A stretch of 64,000 nucleotides of DNA, from assembly GCA_963835575.1 (NCBI GenBank), contig CAWIGG010000002.1:288001-352000 (forward strand), given 5' to 3'. The stretch's first letter is position 1, and every line of letters begins with the position of its first letter. Shown here piece after piece: positions 59,759 to 64,000 of this stretch. A program made the position numbers and the translations under genes. The stretch is from an uncultured Spirochaetota bacterium (GTDB lineage: Bacteria; Spirochaetota; Brevinematia; Brevinematales; JAOACQ01). The notes under the pieces were generated by a model. That model was given only the letters and a program-made list of their open reading frames with translations, was not told where the DNA came from and did no database searches.

Positions 59759-62059
59759 TTAAATTTCCCGGCTGTTTTTCTTCTTTTTTTCCTGATAGAG
59801 CTCCGCATCGGCCCTGGAGATCAAATCGGGAAGGGTAGAGCTTGCGTCCTGCCATGAATAAAGAGACTTGCCGATGCTGAGGGATAATTTGAAGGGATTG
59901 CCTGAGTTTTTATTATATTCCTTGAGTTCCTGCCTGAGCCTCTTTTGTAAATTGTTGACCGTATCCTCGTTTATATTCATTATCAGAGCTACAAACTCAT
60001 CCCCGCCCAGCCGCGCGATTGTGTCCATTTTACGGAACGTTTTCTTTAAGATGTCCGAGGAGGCTCTCAAGGCTTCGTCTCCCGTCTCATGACCGTATGT
60101 GTCATTGATTTTCTTCAGTCCGTCCAGATCGATGAAAAAGAGGGCCCCATCCTCCCTCATCTGTCTGGCAAGAGTCAGATTTTTAATTCCGAATTTCAAA
60201 AAACCGCGCCGGTTGTACAGACCCGTCAATTCATCCGTTTCCGACAGGCTGGCAAGTTCCTGGTTTGTTTCCTCCAGTTCGGATAATACCCGGCGGAGCT
60301 TTTCCTCGGCTTTCTGCCTTTCTTCAAGCAGTAAAACGCTTCTGTATGTGCTGCTGATCTCCAGCGATAAAAAGTCATAGATATTGCCGTTCTTTATTTC
60401 CAGATCGAAAATCATATACCCATACTGGTATTCCAGGAAATACATCGGCAGGACCAAAAAGGAATGCCTTCTATTCTGGTCAATCAGGTTTTCGGGAATG
60501 AAGTCCTTATTCGGCTGGATAAAACCTTCCGGGTTGACTATTTTAAGGCCTTTTATAGCGTCAAATGCCAGGATCAGTTTAACCTTTTCGGGCATCAGCC
60601 ACTCCATATCCCTTGTCTGCTTATACACCCTGCCGTAAGTGAAAATATAACAGTTCTTCAGATCCATCAAACCTATATTGTTGATGATATTATTAAGCAG
60701 TCCGTCTATGGAAAGGGAGGATATTATTTCCTGGATCACGATCCGTATTATGAGTTCCTGGCGTTCCAATTTAATTCGCTGAGAGATATTGAAGCTGTGC
60801 AGGAGTTCCTGTACGAGCTCATACGATTTCTTAATGATTTCCAGGGTTTTTTTCCAGTTTGGATCTTTCTGCCCGGCGATATATTGGTGAAGAACACCGA
60901 GTATCTCTTTCCATAGTTCAATATTTATGCCTTCCTTCATCTGTGATGAAAGCGACTTGGTCAACTTCCGTAAAATGGTGTTAACAGGATAGCCGGGCTC
61001 GGGAAGCTGTTTTTTATTGCCTTTTGCTTCAACGGTTAAAATGTTCTGGATATACTCGTCAATGGCCGCCGCTTTGGGAGACATATAGTCAGCCGATTCA
61101 AGAATGTGGTTAATTTCATTTTTCAATTCGGCTGTTGTTTTTAACTCAAAATTATTTATGGTCTTTCCGACCCCCGACATTTCTACATTATAGCCAAGGC
61201 ATCCGCATGAAGAGCGCGGCAATAGAATTGTCGGCAGAACTGTCTTTTCCGGAATATTTTTTCCCTCAATAAGGTCTACCGCCGTCTGAAGGGCCGTCCG
61301 TCCCTGGTAGTACAGAGGCTGCTTGATTGTTGAAAGTGAAGGAATGGTGTTTTCACAGTCCTGAATATTATCAAAGCCCAGTACTGCTACATCTTCAGGT
61401 ACTTCCAGACCGCGGCGTATCAGCTCATTCATAGCGCCGATGGCCATATTGTCATTGGACGCGAACAGCGCGTCGAAAACCGCTTTCCTCCTTTCTATGA
61501 GCTCGACAATAGCCTCTCTGCCGGATTCTTCGATGAAATTACCGGTAACAACCAGCTTGGGATCAATCGGGATATTCAAAGCTTTCATTTCCCTGATATA
61601 TGCGTTGTATCGCTCAACGGCCTCTTCATTATTTTCAGGGCCCTTGATAAAAGCGATCTTTTTCCGCTTGTGTTGAAGAACTAGATGTCTGACTCCCTCT
61701 TTTATGCCGCTTTGATTATCAACGAGAATGCTGGGAATTCCCGGAATAGCTATGGAAATGCTGACTAGGGGTATGGGATGCAGTTTCTGGATATAGGCGT
61801 TGAACTGTTCTTTTGAAATAAAATTGCAGATCGTGCCCGTTGCGAGGATCAGGGCGTCCAGATAGTGGGGATTGATTAAATCCAGAATCGCGTTGCATTG
61901 ATACCCGAACCCATAGGGGGTATTGAACGATTCGCCCCTGTAAATGACAACGTTTACGTCCAGCTCTTCCGCCCGGTCGACAATTCCGCGCCAGATCGGC
62001 TTAGGGTATTCCTCAACAAGGTTGGTTATTTGAAAGCCGATCGTTTGTCTCTTTTTCAT
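59759..62059 (-). CDS. Diguanylate cyclase with N-terminal LacI-type sugar-binding domain
   Basis: VDNQSG, ASNDNMA, VPEDVAVLGFD, RSSCGC; DELTGLYNRR, DLDGLK.IND..GH..GD, RKMD I-site, RLGGDEF. Confidence 0.9.
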   Translation of the reverse strand: MKKRQTIGFQITNLVEEYPKPIWRGIVDRAEELDVNVVIYRGESFNTPYGFGYQCNAILDLINPHYLDALILATGTICNFISKEQFNAYIQKLHPIPLVSISIAIPGIPSILVDNQSGIKEGVRHLVLQHKRKKIAFIKGPENNEEAVERYNAYIREMKALNIPIDPKLVVTGNFIEESGREAIVELIERRKAVFDALFASNDNMAIGAMNELIRRGLEVPEDVAVLGFDNIQDCENTIPSLSTIKQPLYYQGRTALQTAVDLIEGKNIPEKTVLPTILLPRSSCGCLGYNVEMSGVGKTINNFELKTTAELKNEINHILESADYMSPKAAAIDEYIQNILTVEAKGNKKQLPEPGYPVNTILRKLTKSLSSQMKEGINIELWKEILGVLHQYIAGQKDPNWKKTLEIIKKSYELVQELLHSFNISQRIKLERQELIIRIVIQEIISSLSIDGLLNNIINNIGLMDLKNCYIFTYGRVYKQTRDMEWLMPEKVKLILAFDAIKGLKIVNPEGFIQPNKDFIPENLIDQNRRHSFLVLPMYFLEYQYGYMIFDLEIKNGNIYDFLSLEISSTYRSVLLLEERQKAEEKLRRVLSELEETNQELASLSETDELTGLYNRRGFLKFGIKNLTLARQMREDGALFFIDLDGLKKINDTYGHETGDEALRASSDILKKTFRKMDTIARLGGDEFVALIMNINEDTVNNLQKRLRQELKEYNKNSGNPFKLSLSIGKSLYSWQDASSTLPDLISRADAELYQEKKKKNSREI

Positions 62060-62163
62060 TTTTTTATATTTTCTCCGCAGGAAATTAAATAGAATATTAA
62101 AAAATTTCCAGAGCCCCATCAGGTTATTTTATATCCAGGTCCTGAAAATTGCAATGGGAAATG

Positions 62164-62814
62164 TTAAAAAAATCGTTTAAGCTCCACCGGCTTGTGAATG
62201 AGCGCCTTTGCTCCGCTTTCCAGAAGTTCATCTCTGTCCCTGAAGCCCCAGAGGGCGCCGGCGGCGAACATTCCGGCCGCGTTTGCCGTCAGCATGTCCG
62301 TATTGGTATCGCCCAGATAGATAAACTCGTCCGGAGGTATGCCGAAAGCCCGCGATATTTCAAGGGCCGCTGAAGGGTCCGGCTTTTTGGGGCCGCCTGG
62401 CTTTAAACCCCTTACAATGTCAAAGCGCCATTTTGACAGGAGTTTTTCAACAACAATTCTTGTAAAATCATCTGGCTTGTTTGAGAGAACAGCTTTTTTT
62501 ATACCTTTTTTTGTCAGCGCGTCCAGGAGTTCCGGAATGCCGGGATAGGGTTTTGTCTTAACCGCCCAGCGCTTATCATACTCGCCTCGCATGAGCGAGA
62601 CTCCGCGTGTGATATTTTCTTTGCTTCTTAAATTTTCCGGCAGCGCCCGGCTGACAAGGATGTCCACGCCGTCGCCGACAAGGATTTTGTATTTTTCAAC
62701 CGGGTGGGATGGAAGGCCCATTATTTTCAGGGCTTCATTCATAGAACCGGCCAGGTCTTCAAGTGTATTGAGAAGGGTCCCGTCGAGATCGAAAAGCACG
62801 GCTTTGTAATTCAT
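62164..62814 (-). CDS. HAD-family phosphatase (phosphoglycolate-phosphatase-like)
   Basis: FDLDGTL, LSNK, KPDP, YLGDTNTD, WGFR. Confidence 0.88.
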   Translation of the reverse strand: MNYKAVLFDLDGTLLNTLEDLAGSMNEALKIMGLPSHPVEKYKILVGDGVDILVSRALPENLRSKENITRGVSLMRGEYDKRWAVKTKPYPGIPELLDALTKKGIKKAVLSNKPDDFTRIVVEKLLSKWRFDIVRGLKPGGPKKPDPSAALEISRAFGIPPDEFIYLGDTNTDMLTANAAGMFAAGALWGFRDRDELLESGAKALIHKPVELKRFF

Positions 62815-62991
62815 AAAATAACCTCTTCTATTATTTTATACAGTAATTTTCCATAACACAAAAAATAATTTATAATAATTCAGTTTAATATTAAATAATA
62901 AAAATATATTGTATTGAAGCTGGATAATATAATTGGAAAATCAGAGTTTAAAATAGTCAAATCAGGAAATTTATTTGACAGGGGATTTTTT

Positions 62992-63630
62992 ATGAAGCTT
63001 TCAACGCTCCAGCGCCTGGGCGGGTTCGCCATTATTATCGGGGCCGCTCTTTTTACGGCATGGTCGGTCTTATGGCCGGTATTGCTTCCGGTCCAGGAAC
63101 GGACGAGGGATTTTTCATTGATGGTATTAAGCCCGAACTGGATCTGGATCAACGCGCTGGCATTGCCCGGCGTTATTTTAATGGTTTTCGGTTTTACTGC
63201 GGTGTATTCGCGCTTTTACCAGAATTCAGGAATTCTCGGTTTCCTCGGCTTTGTATTTATCGCTTTAGCCTATATTCTTCAGGCCGCGCAGTTGACATGG
63301 GAAATATTCATGTATCCCGTTATTGCGGGCTATGCGCCTTCAATACCGCTCTTAAGCAATAATATTATGAAACTGCATCCGTTATTTTCCATGTTTCGTT
63401 TAATGTTTCAGCTGACGATATTCCTGGGTGTCATCCTGTTCAGCGCCGCTTTGCTTAGGTCCAGGGAATTCCCGAAAAGCGCCGGGATTCTCATCCTGTG
63501 CGGCGCGGTTATTTACGCCGTCGGCCCTATGCTCTGGGTTTATCTGGGGTTGATAGGCGTATTTATTTTATCAGCAGGATGTTTTATTCTGGGTCTGAAA
63601 CTGGCCGGAATAAAATCGATGCCGGCTTAA
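62992..63630 (+). CDS. Hypothetical integral membrane protein
   Basis: About six hydrophobic segments; ATG at 62992 after GGGG. Confidence 0.65.
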   Translation: MKLSTLQRLGGFAIIIGAALFTAWSVLWPVLLPVQERTRDFSLMVLSPNWIWINALALPGVILMVFGFTAVYSRFYQNSGILGFLGFVFIALAYILQAAQLTWEIFMYPVIAGYAPSIPLLSNNIMKLHPLFSMFRLMFQLTIFLGVILFSAALLRSREFPKSAGILILCGAVIYAVGPMLWVYLGLIGVFILSAGCFILGLKLAGIKSMPA

Positions 63631-63669
63631 TCAGATTACAACCCGATGAAGTTAAACAAAGGAGAGTTT

Positions 63670-64000
63670 ATGCCTGACTTTATTAAAAAAACCGATGAAT
63701 ATCTGATCCCCTTTTACAGCCGGACGCCGCTGGTTGTTGTCAGAGGGAAAGACCACTGGATTTTTGACCATACCGGAAAGAAATACCTCGACTTTACATC
63801 CGGCATCAGCGTGACAAGCTTCGGGCATGCCAATAAAAAAATCAACGCTGCGGTAAAAAAACAGATGAACAGAATATCGCATATTTCAAATTTGTATATT
63901 ATTCCTCCCCAGGCGGAACTGGCTGAAAAAATCAGCGGAAAAGCCTTTCCGGGAAAAGCATTTTTCTGCAACAGCGGCGCCGAGGCGAATGAGTCCGCTT
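63670..64000 (+). CDS. argD: Acetylornithine aminotransferase family protein (5' part, truncated by the window)
   Basis: Manual translation MPDFIKK..GKKYLDFTSGISVTSFGHA..HISNLY..FFCNSGAEANES; AAGGAG RBS. Confidence 0.85.
   Translation, partial: MPDFIKKTDEYLIPFYSRTPLVVVRGKDHWIFDHTGKKYLDFTSGISVTSFGHANKKINAAVKKQMNRISHISNLYIIPPQAELAEKISGKAFPGKAFFCNSGAEANESA

Overview
Bacterial chromosomal window. The spirochaete-style lipoprotein and signal peptides, Lnt, outer-membrane beta-barrels and several Firmicute-like genes suggest a diderm Spirochaetota-like organism; this is inference only. The first ~32 kb is mostly housekeeping: a type IIA topoisomerase B subunit, rpmB, purA, hisZ, lnt, a GldAFG-like ABC system, pnp-rpsO-ribF-murJ-dapA, lysA, fapR-fabH and a fused purL. 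It also carries two tandem paralog pairs (lipoproteins, beta-barrel OMPs) and an 878-nt class IIC group II intron whose RT is internally deleted. The second half is accessory: a complete IS1380-family and a complete IS1182-family element (both with IRs and target duplications, both inserted in promoter/RBS regions), two LacI-type-sensor signalling fusions (histidine kinase, GGDEF), a sugar ABC cluster with an uncharacterised glycosidase-like gene, and several unannotated gene remnants (GH5/CBM2 cellulase, YHS, GyrI-like). The best candidate for an undescribed system is an ArsR-headed operon that couples split GshF-type glutathione synthesis, an ABC-2 exporter and serine acetyltransferase. A family of 9-10-nt-period inverted-repeat elements is dispersed through the intergenic regions. 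No rRNA, tRNA or CRISPR array was seen. All assignments come from motif recognition by eye; no database searches were run.
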